A stretch of DNA of 63,999 nt, the filler included, from Octopus bimaculoides (taxonomy: Eukaryota): the NCBI RefSeq assembly GCF_001194135.2. It is 8 parts of 8 records of this genome, joined end to end, with 100 filler letters (N's around TTAATTAATTAA, not from the genome) between each part and the next. Parts side by side here need not be neighbours in the genome. Positions count along the whole stretch, not along the records: positions 1 to 21,508 come from NC_069002.1; positions 21,609 to 32,534 come from NC_068987.1; 6 more parts are not named here. The stretch is one strand, 5' to 3'. Below are positions 12,127 through 24,862 of this stretch, one piece after another (the stretch's first letter is position 1; every line of letters starts with the position of its first letter). The translations under genes were made by a program, and so were the position numbers. The notes beneath the pieces were generated by a model. The model had not been told where the DNA came from. It searched no databases and saw nothing but the letters and a program-made list of their open reading frames with translations.

Positions 12127-12584
12127 CATATATATGTGAAAAATAAACGAAATAAAAAAGACTGAAAAGAAAAAAAAGGAAGTAAATGGAAATAATAAAA
12201 GAAGGAAGAAGAAAGAAGAGATACAGATCAGAAACGAAACAGTTACAACACAGAAGAGAAACACAAGAGAAAAAGAGAAAGCGAAACAAGAAAGTGAAAG
12301 TAAAAACGAAAGCGAAAGTAGCAAATCAAAACAACAAAATAATAGAGGTTAACCCACAGCTAATATGAATGGAGAAAGAAAGTTCGTCACAAGTGGCCAG
12401 TAATTTTCTATGTTACCTCCTTTGCCTGGAAACAAGTCACGAAATGCGTTTATGTTGCAGCAGAATAAACGAGGGTTTGAACCAACCAATTCATTATATG
12501 CCCCCCTTATTATTATTATTATTATTATTATTTTTATATATTTGTATTTAAAATTTTTGTTATAAATTCTTTTTTTAATTTTTT

Positions 12585-12675
12585 TCCTTCTTCTTCTTCT
12601 TCTTCTTCTTCTTCTTCTTCTTCTTCTTCTTCTTCTTCTTCTTCTTCTTCTTCTTCTTCTTCTTCTTCTTCTTCC
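12585..12675 (+). repeat. (TTC)n microsatellite
   Basis: Direct inspection. Confidence 0.95.
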
Positions 12676-12875
12676 CATTGAGACAATGCAACCCACATCC
12701 CTTACATTTTTTGAACTCCCACTCCGAATTCTCCCCCCCCAATCTAATAACAACAGTTTTATTATTAATGATAATGATCATGATAAAATGAAAATGATCA
12801 TGATAATAATAGTAATAGCAGAACGTAGTGATAACAATAACAGCAACTACAAGAATAACAACAATAACAATAACG

Positions 12876-12877
<2 letters not shown>

Positions 12878-12938
<61 letters not shown>

Positions 12939-12943
12939 GTAAT

Positions 12944-13000
<57 letters not shown>
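12878..13000 (+). repeat. (TAA)n microsatellite
   Basis: Direct inspection. Confidence 0.95.
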
Positions 13001-13002
<2 letters not shown>

Positions 13003-13049
13003 TCAAATGATCACTAATAATGGTTTCAAATTTTGACACAAGGCCGGAA

Positions 13050-13111
<62 letters not shown>

Positions 13112-13611
13112 ACGATGATAATGATAATTATAACAACAACAACAACAACAATAGTTTCTTTCTTTGCCTCAAGGGTGACAGGTGAAATGATGCTTGAAGG
13201 AAGCGTTGCTGAGATGTTGAGGATTGCATATAACCAAGTTTGAGAAAACAAATTTGCAAAAGCAACAATAAAAAGACATCAAATAACAATAATAATGATA
13301 CTGTAGATGAGGATGATAAAAATAATGGTTGGTTTCTTTGTTAGCCATGAGGGATCGATGAGCGATAGAATAATACAAAGAGATATTAAGCAGAGGTCTT
13401 ACAAAGACGTAAAGGGTTGGACAGATTAGTTGTTCAAAGGTATTATACGATATATATACAGGGACGAATCAAAATCGGAAGACCGTAGGTATTTATTTAT
13501 TGTTTTTCATCTTTTACGTGTTTCAGTAATTAGCCCAAATCACCATTAAGGGTTTTTACCCCCCAAATCGACCCCATTACTTACTATGTGTCTCCCATAT
13601 TCTAACCTCCA

Positions 13612-13765
13612 GCCCTGCCACAGACATTTTAGTTCGTCCGACAAAACGCTTGACAGCATTTCTTCCTGCTCTTAACGTTCTGAGTTCAAATTCCGCCTTG
13701 GTCGGACTTTGCCTTTCATCCTTTCGGCGTCGATCAAATAATAAGTACCAGATGAGCACTGGAGT
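13612..13765 (+). mobile_element. SINE family B (diverged)
   Basis: acgttctgagttcaaattccgccttggtcggactttgcctttcatcctttcggcgtcgat..taagtaccag matches family B. Confidence 0.75.
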
Positions 13766-13934
13766 CTACTACTACTACTTCTACTACTGTTGCTGCTGCT
13801 AAACCTTTTCTTCGTTTGCTACAAGGGTCCGGAAAGTTACAATAAAATAGAACTCACGTTGAGAAACAAATATATGAAGACGAGGGCCATGACAGACATT
13901 GTACAGTTTAAGAGAAGATATGTTTAATACTTTA

Positions 13935-14020
13935 TCTTTTACTTGCTTCAGTCATTACACTGCGCCCATGCTGGAGCACTGCTTTGAAGAATTATCAGTT
14001 GTTTGAATCGCTCCCAGAAC
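13935..14020 (-). mobile_element. SINE family A, 3' tail fragment
   Basis: tcttttacttgcttcagtcatt..ctgcgcccatgctggagcactgc is the reverse complement of the family A tail. Confidence 0.7.
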
Positions 14021-14235
14021 ATTCAGCCTGTTTTGGCTTGAGAACTTTTCGGCGCTGAAGACAAACAAAATTCTTCATCGTTTTTATTCAAATTTTAGCG
14101 TTGGAACCAAGTTTCTTTGTTAGAAAAACAGTTCCTTCTTTACAGGAAGAATTCAAACAAATTAAAAGAAGATAACATAAGTTTATACATACATACATAC
14201 ATACATACATACATACATACATACATACATACATC

Positions 14236-14580
14236 AAAGAAAAAGAGGATACCTATGGACATTTCGAAACCTCCAGCTTCTATATCCAGACTATGAATTC
14301 ATTTTCATACCAATAATAATTGGAGCATTAGGTTTTGGTAGTAAATGCTTAAAGGAGAATCTGGATAAACTGGGATTTTCAGAAAGAGAAATCGACCGGC
14401 TGATTCGTACATTATAAGCGCAATTTCTGAGTGGAACAGTAAAAATGTGCAAGGTTTTCTCTAGTTCCAAATGTGAATTTGTCTGTGTTAATTACGTCCC
14501 AAAGACGGAGCCTTGTATCTTTGTTGGAAACCGGCTCACTCCTCAGTAGAAGATTTACAATAATTAAAAAAATAGAAGTG
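14236..14580 (+). mobile_element. R4/Dong-like (restriction-like endonuclease) non-LTR retrotransposon, 3' fragment
   Basis: Translates as KEKEDTYG//RNLQLLYPDYEFIFIPIIIGALGFGSKCLKENLDKLGFSEREIDRLIRTL*AQFLSGTVKMCKVF. The K-x-x-x-Y and P-I-I-I-G-A-L-G motifs are typical of RLE C-termini. Flanked by (CATA)n on both sides. Confidence 0.65.
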
Positions 14581-15104
14581 ACATACATATATACATACGC
14601 GCATATGTACGTATGTGTGTATGCACACATACATCCATACATAAAAATCACTGATATATACATCCAAACATCATTCTATACACACATTTTCATCAACAGA
14701 TAAATACATACATACACACACGCTTATATACATATATATAAGTACACATAGACACAAATACATAAGCACAGACAAACGTACGTACGTAACGTTCGTATGT
14801 ACGTAACGTTCGTACGTACACCTCGACTTACCTACATGGATATACTGAATGTGTCTTTGTCTTCTTTCTTGTTCTTCCTGTCCTTTTAGCTCGTTATTCT
14901 TTAATACTTTCCAGTATTTCCTGTTTTGTTCGTCAATTTCACAAAATGTCAAATCCAAATAAGTTTAAAAACTAAAAATAAATAGATGGATAAATAGAGA
15001 AATAAATATACGAAAGTAAAACATTTTCTCTCTAAAATGGCCGTTTGCATATGTTTTCTGTCGTTTGTCGTTCGACGGCGAAAACATTGATGCTTAAATG
15101 GTGT

Positions 15105-15142
<38 letters not shown>

Positions 15143-15439
15143 GTGTGTGTGTGTGTGTGTGTATAAATGGCGGCGAAAACCTTGATGCTTAAGTGGTGTG
15201 TATGTGTGTATATGTGTGTATATGACGGTGTGTGTATATGTATACATATATATATACACACACACACATATATATATATATACACACATATATATACACA
15301 TATATATATGATATACATATATCACACACACACACACGCACACACGCACACACACACACACGCACACACGCACACACACACGCATGTATATATAGATAGA
15401 TAAACATATATACAAATATGTATATATGTGTGTATACAT

Positions 15440-15494
<55 letters not shown>

Positions 15495-15747
15495 AATATG
15501 TACATACATGTATGTAGACATATGTATGTATGTATATGTACATACACAAACACACACACACGTATACATTTATATAAATGTTTGTTCATTTTTTTCTATT
15601 TTTCATTATTTTTTCTTCCTAAACATCTTTCCGGCGTCTTTATATTTTACTGATAAAGGACTAACGTCCTAAACGTGTTTGTGTGGGCGTGCGTACCTCG
15701 CTTTCTGTATGTGTATGTATATGTGTGTATGTGTACATGTGTGTATG

Positions 15748-15796
<49 letters not shown>

Positions 15797-16380
15797 TTGT
15801 GTGTGTATGCACGTCTGTGTGTGTGCGTGTATCTCCCTGTGTGTGTATGTGTGTGTGTCTGTGTGTGTATGTGTGTGTGTGTATGTGTGTGTGTGTGTCT
15901 CCCTGTGTGTGCGTGTGTGTGAGTGAGTGCGAGTAGGCAGACCAAACACTAATTTTGTTTTTTTCTCGGGTAATTTCACTCGTCTGATGAGATAGGCGTT
16001 GACAGTGGGTTTTTAATCACTGACGCCAGGCGCCGAGAGTCACTATTATAACGCCAATACCTACTCCCGTTCAGCACCCAGTCCCTATNNNNNNNNNNNN
16101 NNNNNNNNNNNNNNNNNNNNNNNNNNNNNNNNNNNNNNNNNNNNNNNNNNNNNNNNNNNNNNNNNNNNNNNNNNNNNNNNNNNNNNNNNNNNNNNNNNNN
16201 NNNNNNNNNNNNNNNNNNNNNNNNNNNNNNNNNNNNNNNNNNNNNNNNNNNNNNNNNNNNNNNNNNNNNNNNNNNNNNNNNNNNNNNNNNNNNNNNNNNN
16301 NNNNNNNNNNNNNNNNNNNNNNNNNNNNNNNNNNNNNNNNNNNNNNNNNNNNNNNNNNNNNNNNNNNNNNNNNNNNNNNN

Positions 16381-16453
<73 letters not shown>

Positions 16454-16584
16454 TAAAGGGTGTGGTGAATAGACTGTCGTCTAAATTACGAAAAAATAAA
16501 AATAACACTGACATCTCAATTTGAAAGATATATTTACCAAAATTACATAAAAATATCTAGTTAGATTCCTTAGTCAAGGATTGC

Positions 16585-16632
16585 TTTTGGCTGACGAAAT
16601 ACAAGGATGTCGAAACGTCTATTGTTCCAGAA
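16585..16632 (+). ncRNA. degenerate type I hammerhead ribozyme-like motif
   Basis: CTGACGA at 16591-16597, GAAAC at 16612-16616, GUU triplet at 16624-16626, stem I TTTTGG/CCAGAA. Stem II is weak. Confidence 0.3.
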
Positions 16633-17586
16633 TCCCTTGCAGTAATGAAGATAAATAAATCTCGCAGATGTTTAATATTCTCCAATCTTCGTTTTGATGT
16701 CTCGATTAGATACTCTGCATGTTGTATGAAAACCAATGAAACGAACTCAGGATTTGCCTACTGAGTTCCATGTAATTGCTTTGTATGTTCCCTATCATTT
16801 GAGCGTGTTATGAGCGCACATTCGTCGTAAAGGAGAAGTTGATCTCCTGTGACAGAACACACCAGCAGTTAGCATATTCACGATCGAATCTACTGGAATG
16901 TGTAAAGAATAACTATGCAAGACATATACAAGAGTATTCTACTGGTACGTGTACCCTTAATGTAATTACTTGGCAGAATAATTATAAGATTGAACCCATG
17001 TAATCACTGGTAAAATTTATCCGATGGGCTTAAAACCTGCTTCCATTTAATCAACCTCAACCAGAAGGCTCGGGAAAATATCAGGACTTTGTAAAATACA
17101 CTTTCCCGATAATACCACTCGATGAGATCGAAACCGACACCGAAACCTTACCACTGCAAGAACGAACTTCTTAAGCGCTCGGCCATGCTTCTGATCGAAC
17201 TACACACCCGTGTACACCGTATCATCACATTCAACACCAGGGATTTTGTTCCATCATTGAACAACAACACACCTCCCCATGGCTGTTTTACCTGTTTCTG
17301 TTCACATTGAACAAACATCAATGCTATCTTATATATCCTGCCAAAATGTCAAACTCCTAACAAAATACACACATACACACACACACACACATATTAGGTC
17401 GACCCATTATACATATTCAGTTACATAAACATATATACATAAACGTATTCGATGTTGCACACAAATACAAACGCAATCGCAGATGCGCGTTTACATACGC
17501 ACGCGTGAATATCTCTGACAAGATTTATCAATGTGTATATCAATATAAATATACATATGTATACACACACATGCACATATGTATGC

Positions 17587-17676
<90 letters not shown>

Positions 17677-17828
17677 TATTAATGCACAGACACATACACA
17701 CACACGTATATATGAACATATGCATACATTCACACACACATATATACACATACCAATACAGTCATACATACGCATTCCTCTACAAACATATTCATAAATG
17801 TATGCTTATATATGATGATGATGATAGA

Positions 17829-17920
<92 letters not shown>

Positions 17921-20281
17921 NNNNNNNNNNNNNNNNNNNNNNNNNNNNNNNNNNNNNNNNNNNNNNNNNNNNNNNNNNNNNNNNNNNNNNNNNNNNNNNN
18001 NNNNNNNNNNNNNNNNNNNNNNNNNNNNNNNNNNNNNNNNNNNNNNNNNNNNNNNNNNNNNNNNNNNNNNNNNNNNNNNNNNNNNNNNNNNNNNNNNNNN
18101 NNNNNNNNNNNNNNNNNNNNNNNNNNNNNNNNNNNNNNNNNNNNNNNNNNNNNNNNNNNNNNNNNNNNNNNNNNNNNNNNNNNNNNNNNNNNNNNNNNNN
18201 NNNNNNNNNNNNNNNNNNNNNNNNNNNNNNNNNNNNNNNNNNNNNNNNNNNNNNNNNNNNNNNNNNNNNNNNNNNNNNNNNNNNNNNNNNNNNNNNNNNN
18301 NNNNNNNNNNNNNNNNNNNNNNNNNNNNNNNNNNNNNNNNNNNNNNNNNNNNNNNNNNNNNNNNNNNNNNNNNNNNNNNNNNNNNNNNNNNNNNNNNNNN
18401 NNNNNNNNNNNNNNNNNNNNNNNNNNNNNNATATATACATGTATATATATATATATATATGTATGCATATACATGAATGCACACATATATACATATATAT
18501 ATTTATAGACATATATTTCCTCACACATATATCTGCTTGTTTGTATGTTTTCACGCGGCCTGCATGTGTGAGTGTATGTGTGTGTATGCATGTGTGTGTG
18601 CATGTGCAACTGTATACTTTACACATACATGCATTTACATATTTCTATTTGCTTTGCTTGTCGATGTGTTGTCAAACAGTCTCTAAACACGTTCTGTTGA
18701 CGTGTTCGAAACCATTAGAGAGGTAGTGGGAGGGAAGCGGGGAGGAGGAGGAGGTGGAGAGAGGCCTTGGTGGCAAGGAATGGTGTGCCGATGATTTGGT
18801 TAGATCGATATGTCACGAGGGAGTAGTGGAGGTGATGGGTAGAGGTGTTGGTGTTGTTTTTTTTTGATGTGGTTAGTGTTAGTTCATGTGGAGGTCGTGT
18901 GCTGGCATGTGTCTGTGTGTGAATTTGTTCGTGTGTGTACGTGAGTGAAACTAACAGTAGGTTGTGCGTTTACTTGTCTTAAAAGATGTGCAAGTAGCTG
19001 CTTGAGCAGCTCCTCGGATTTTGTTCTAAAGGCAGCAGCAGCGACGGTGGTGATGATGGGGGTGTTGGTGGTGGTTGAATGAGTTGTAGGTGGTGGTGAA
19101 ACGAGTTATTGTGACAATAGTAGTGGTGGTGGTAACGATTGTGGTGTTAGTATTTATGTTGGCGTAGTAGCGGCGAGGAAGGCAGCAAGTTTGCAAGAAT
19201 CGGTAGCACGTCGGACAAAACCTTAAGCGATGTTTTTTTCCGGCTCGTTTACCTTCCCAGTTATACATATAATAAAAGAAGGAAAGCGCACACAGTTTAC
19301 ATAGATGTAATATATTTTAATATATTTTAAATGAAAGAGTATTGTGTTTGTCGACCGGTTTCGCTTTCGCTAATCATGACATTGAAATTATTGTAATTTC
19401 ATATTTTCATAAGAAGATTTCAGTCCATGTTCTTAAGAAAATACGAAATTACAATAGTTTCAATGTCANNNNNNNNNNNNNNNNNNNNNNNNNNNNNNNN
19501 NNNNNNNNNNNNNNNNNNNNNNNNNNNNNNNNNNNNNNNNNNNNNNNNNNNNNNNNNNNNNNNNNNNNNNNNNNNNNNNNNNNNNNNNNNNNNNNNNNNN
19601 NNNNNNNNNNNNNNNNNNNNNNNNNNNNNNNNNNNNNNNNNNNNNNNNNNNNNNNNNNNNNNNNNNNNNNNNNNNNNNNNNNNNNNNNNNNNNNNNNNNN
19701 NNNNNNNNNNNNNNNNNNNNNNNNNNNNNNNNNNNNNNNNNNNNNNNNNNNNNNNNNNNNNNNNNNNNNNNNNNNNNNNNNNNNNNNNNNNNNNNNNNNN
19801 NNNNNNNNNNNNNNNNNNNNNNNNNNNNNNNNNNNNNNNNNNNNNNNNNNNNNNNNNNNNNNNNNNNNNNNNNNNNNNNNNNNNNNNNNNNNNNNNNNNN
19901 NNNNNNNNNNNNNNNNNNNNNNNNNNNNNNNNNNNNNNNNNNNNNNNNNNNNNNNNNNNNNNNNNNNNNNNNNNNNNNNNNNNNNNNNNNNNNNNNNNNN
20001 NNNNNNNNNNNNNNNNNNNNNNNNNNNNNNNNNNNNNNNNNNNNNNNNNNNNNNNNNNNNNNNNNNNNNNNNNNNNNNNNNNNNNNNNNNNNNNNNNNNN
20101 NNNNNNNNNNNNNNNNNNNNNNNNNNNNNNNNNNNNNNNNNNNNNNNNNNNNNNNNNNNNNNNNNNNNNNNNNNNNNNNNNNNNNNNNNNNNNNNNNNNN
20201 NNNNNNNNNNNNNNNNNNNNNNNNNNNNNNNNNNNNNNNNNNNNNNNNNNNNNNNNNNNNNNNNNNNNNNNNNNNNNNNNN

Positions 20282-20315
<34 letters not shown>

Positions 20316-20429
20316 GATACATTTATATGCCTATGTATATATGCACATATACGTATACATATATATATTTATATGTATGTAAGTATGTATATATATATAT
20401 AAATATATGTATATGTATGTATATGTATG

Positions 20430-20464
<35 letters not shown>

Positions 20465-20875
20465 TTTTTTTTTGAACGGTCAGTAAGGCCATTTGGAGAA
20501 GTAAAATAAAAGTAAAATCTTCCAATCAAAGAACAACTGATTTGTGAGTAACCCTTTATTAAAACATCCAAGTAAGTGTTCCTCACATATAAAATCTGCG
20601 TTTGAAATATTCTCGCCAGTCACGTCACTTTTTCTTGTCCCTGGATATTTAGGCAGAAACGCACAGCGAGAAGTACACGTGTTGTACGAACGCCCGTCAC
20701 TATAATCCAGTGATGGACAGATGTCTCATCATTTCGTTTTAAGTGTGTGTGTGTTTCTCAGAGTGCATCGTGGTCGTATTAGCGAGAAGAGAGATTGTCT
20801 GAACAACGAATGATGAGACGGCTTTCATCTGACAAGCAGAAGCGATCATCGTATGTCTTTCTTTCTTTCTTTTTT

Positions 20876-20954
<79 letters not shown>

Positions 20955-20980
20955 GTATGTATGTATGTATGTATAAATAT

Positions 20981-21032
20981 TAGGCTTACAAAGAATAAGC
21001 TCTGGGGTCGATTTGCTCGACTATAAAGGCGG
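20981..21032 (+). mobile_element. SINE family A fragment
   Basis: taggcttacaaagaataagctctggggtcgatttgctcgactataaaggcgg. Confidence 0.75.
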
Positions 21033-21202
21033 ACCTCTTTAATGCTGAGGACCGCCGTTAGTTTTGCTACTGTTTAAATCCTTGAAAACTTCCTCCGATA
21101 TGTGGTATTTGGCGAATGATTGAGTTTAATGTTATTGACTTCATTTGCGCTTCTTGCTGCGAGGTCAAATGACTGAAACAAGTAAAAGAGAGAAAAAGAG
21201 AA

Positions 21203-21238
<36 letters not shown>

Positions 21239-21508
21239 TGCCTACAACCTACAACCCATCCTGAGGGAACTGCGTGCATTTAGGTCGACAGATATAGGTT
21301 TTATAGATTCTGAGTGTCGAGTGTTTGCTTCAGACAGAAAGGTAAGTGAATGGTTTGATACGAACCATCGAACTCTCGGATAATTTTCAGGTATATGTAC
21401 TCTGACAAATTTTAATATACATGGATTAAATTTTGTTTTTCACAAAAACGTATTTCTCAAAATTTTATCTTTTCTTGCAGAAAACTGTCGTCTAAATTGG
21501 CGTTTGAA

Positions 21509-21608
21509 NNNNNNNNNNNNNNNNNNNNNNNNNNNNNNNNNNNNNNNNNNNNTTAATTAATTAANNNNNNNNNNNNNNNNNNNNNNNNNNNNNNNNNNNN
21601 NNNNNNNN
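21509..21608. other. artificial scaffold-joining spacer (44N-TTAATTAATTAA-44N)
   Basis: The identical 100-bp structure occurs seven times; the 12-mer is a palindrome with stops in all six frames. Confidence 0.9.
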
Positions 21609-21650
<42 letters not shown>

Positions 21651-22944
21651 CATAAATTGAAACACGCAGTACCAAAAGACTGCTGAATTTTGCGGCAGTG
21701 AAATAGTACAATGTTTGATTCACATGTAGCGAATGCTAGCTAGCCTCATTTTACATTTAATGTTTATGAATAATAAATTATATCTAAGTGGAACTCAATT
21801 CTCTTCCAATTGAAGATAATTAGAAACAAATATTTTTACATAATATTTAAACTGATTTATATATGAGCTAGTATTTTAAACAATGCTAATGTTTTCATCT
21901 CTCCAACTTAGAAGAATGGACGTATGCCTCTGTGTGTTTGTGTGTATGTGTGTGTGTATGTCTCTGTGTGTGTATGTATGCATGTGCATGCATATATACA
22001 TATATGTGTGTATGTATGTGTGTGTGTATGTGTGTGTGTGTGTGTGTGTATGTATGCATGAATATGTATTTATATATGTGTACATATTTATCCATGTATG
22101 TTTATATATGAGCGTATGTTGCGTGAATTTGTTTTCGCGCACACACAGACACATACAGACACACAGGCACCTCACTTGCCAAATACATCAGTCAGACAAC
22201 GTGGAGAACAAATTACCCGTAAAGAATAGCAGTCACAGAGTATCCCTTATCAGCCATGTTTATAGTCAAGCATCATAACGATTTCGGTGCGTGTGTCTGA
22301 GGTGTGTATTCTTATAGTTTTACTGGCCTCAGACATTGGACTGCAGTAATGATGGGTCCTACCTTCAGTGTTTTAGTCAATTCTATCAACATTAAATATC
22401 GATAAGATCGTTTCATAAATATCTATTCTTAGAGCGGTTAAGCTGGCCATATTTTCATTCCTTTAATGATGTGTTATCGTAGGGTATACGTATGTACAAA
22501 CACACGCACAATGGAATCTGCTTATTGTGATGTTTTTGGAACAGATCCATTTAAATAAGAATAATATTAAACACAGGATATCGCAATAATCAGAGCGTAT
22601 TTGCTAGCCTAGAGGGCCGCACAGTGGTATGAAACTGGAACAAAGTAGTTACATGAGAACCACTTAATTGCATGAACATAACGATTTAAAAACACTAGAA
22701 AATGCATTTAATACTTGTAATCGAGTTTATTGACATGAATTTATACGTGTGTGCGTGTACAGGTGTACGCATCGCATCAGATGTAAACCTTAACGTTGTC
22801 AAGTTTAATAGAGTAAAAACAATAAAGAATTAATGCCGAATATGACTGAAATCATTATTCTCCTTCCTGTACCTTGATATATTTTACAAAGATGTCTGTT
22901 CTCGATTTTCGCGAATAAATCTCTACAAAACCTCAGGTGTGGTG

Positions 22945-23350
22945 GGAGTGTAGAGAAGCCTGCTTCTTTATATGTGCTCTTGGGTTGAACACCCGTGCGC
23001 GGCACTTTGGGCTAGTGTTTTCTACTATAGAAACGCGCCGACCAAAAATGTCGCAAGTAGATTTCGTGCGCACGCGTGAGTGTGTGTGCGCACGTGTGTG
23101 TATTTATATATCTATGTACCTGCGTTATGGTGTTTATGTTGTATTTGTCCCCTACGACCGCCTCAAAATCGGTGTTGGTATGTTTACGTCCATGTAATTT
23201 AGCGGTTTCGGCAATAAGTGACCGAGAAAATAAGCGCCAGGCTTAAAAAAAAAAATAAGTCGCGGGGTTGATTTATTCCACTAAACCCTTCAAGAGTATC
23301 CCCCAGCATGTCGTCCGTCCAATAACTGGAACGAGTAAAAAATAAATAAA
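22945..23350 (+). mobile_element. SINE family A, diverged near-full-length copy
   Basis: Head gggttgaacacccgtgcgcggcactttgggctagtgttttctactatag; tail cccagcatgtcgtccgtccaataactggaacgagtaaaa. Confidence 0.65.
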
Positions 23351-23772
23351 TAAAAGATTAAACTCCCCTGTCATTGTACCCTTTCCTGGGCGAAAAAATC
23401 AAAATTGATATAATCTATTTAATGTTTATCATAGTTCTTTCATTAAATATAAGTTACAGTAATTTAACTGGTTTTATTGACAAGAATAAATGTTATGCTG
23501 TTCACGTCTAGAATTCTTTTCATTATAGGTCTATTCGCGAAAGGTTGAACTCGGACTAAATATGAACAACACGAAAAGATTAAGATAATATTCCGGAAGT
23601 TTTAAATTATTTGTCTCGAAACATCATATAATAAATTCCATGATGAATATTGAGTGAGGAAATCGTTTCCCAGTTGAATATCACGTCATTGTTTATTTAT
23701 TATATAATCCCAGTGTGGTAACTATATACCAATACTCTGTGAGTGTGTGTGTGTGTGTGTGTGAGAGAGAGC

Positions 23773-23818
<46 letters not shown>

Positions 23819-24141
23819 GAGAGGGAAAGAGAGAGAATGTGTTTGTGTGTGTGTATGAATGTGCTTACGATCTAAAAACAATTAGTTAATTTATTATTAA
23901 GCTAGGATTAAGAGCAATATTAAGCTAGGGTGATGGAAGAGCAAAGGGAGGGAAGAAAGGAAGGAAAGAAATTATAGGTGTATCAAAGTAGCAGTGATAA
24001 TGGCGGTGGNNNNNNNNNNNNNNNNNNNNNNNNNNNNNNNNNNNNNNNNNNNNNNNNNNNNNNNNNNNNNNNNNNNNNNNNNNNNNNNNNNNNNNNNNNN
24101 NNNNNNNNNNNNNNNNNNNNNNNNNNNNNNNNNNNNNNNNN

Positions 24142-24208
<67 letters not shown>

Positions 24209-24258
24209 TAATATTAATAATAATAATGATGATAATAATGATAATAATAATAATAATC

Positions 24259-24298
<40 letters not shown>

Positions 24299-24825
24299 AA
24301 GCTTTAAAAAAAGGGCAAAGAAATATTTGAGTGGAATATTTCTAAGAGATTTTTTCTTAACGAATATCAAGAAATAATTCTATAAGTAATGGCGTCGGCG
24401 GGGTGAGGAGGGTAGCAGTGGTATGGTTACAGGGTGCTGTGGGGGTCTAAAACAGGGACAGACAAAGAGGGAGGAAAAAGAGAGAGAGGGTGCATGTGTG
24501 TGTATGTGAGTGCGTGGTGGGTAGTTTGATGGGTGAATGGGTGCCTGGCAGACACATTTTTGACAGAACGTTAGGAAATAACAAAATGCTAAAAAATAAA
24601 GACAGTAGCAGAGAGAACGAGGATGGGGAGGAAAAGAGTATTATGGATGATGGCGATAATGGTAATGGTGGTGGTAGTGGTGGTGGTGGTGATGGTGGTG
24701 GTGGTAATGGTGGTGTTTGTGGTGGCGGTGATGGTGGTCTAAGGAAACAACTTGCTTTGCTTGTCTTTCATTGCTGCTCCAGCCAAGCTAGCTAACTGCC
24801 ATGAGGTAAGTTGACAGGAATGGGG

Positions 24826-24862
<37 letters not shown>

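Noticed and set aside
15984-15990. CTGATGA hammerhead or box-D-like word
   Set aside because: No downstream GAAA or supporting stems.
21553-21564. TTAATTAATTAA as a conserved biological motif (homeodomain or PacI-like site)
   Set aside because: It is always centred in exactly 44+44 N, so it is an assembly linker.
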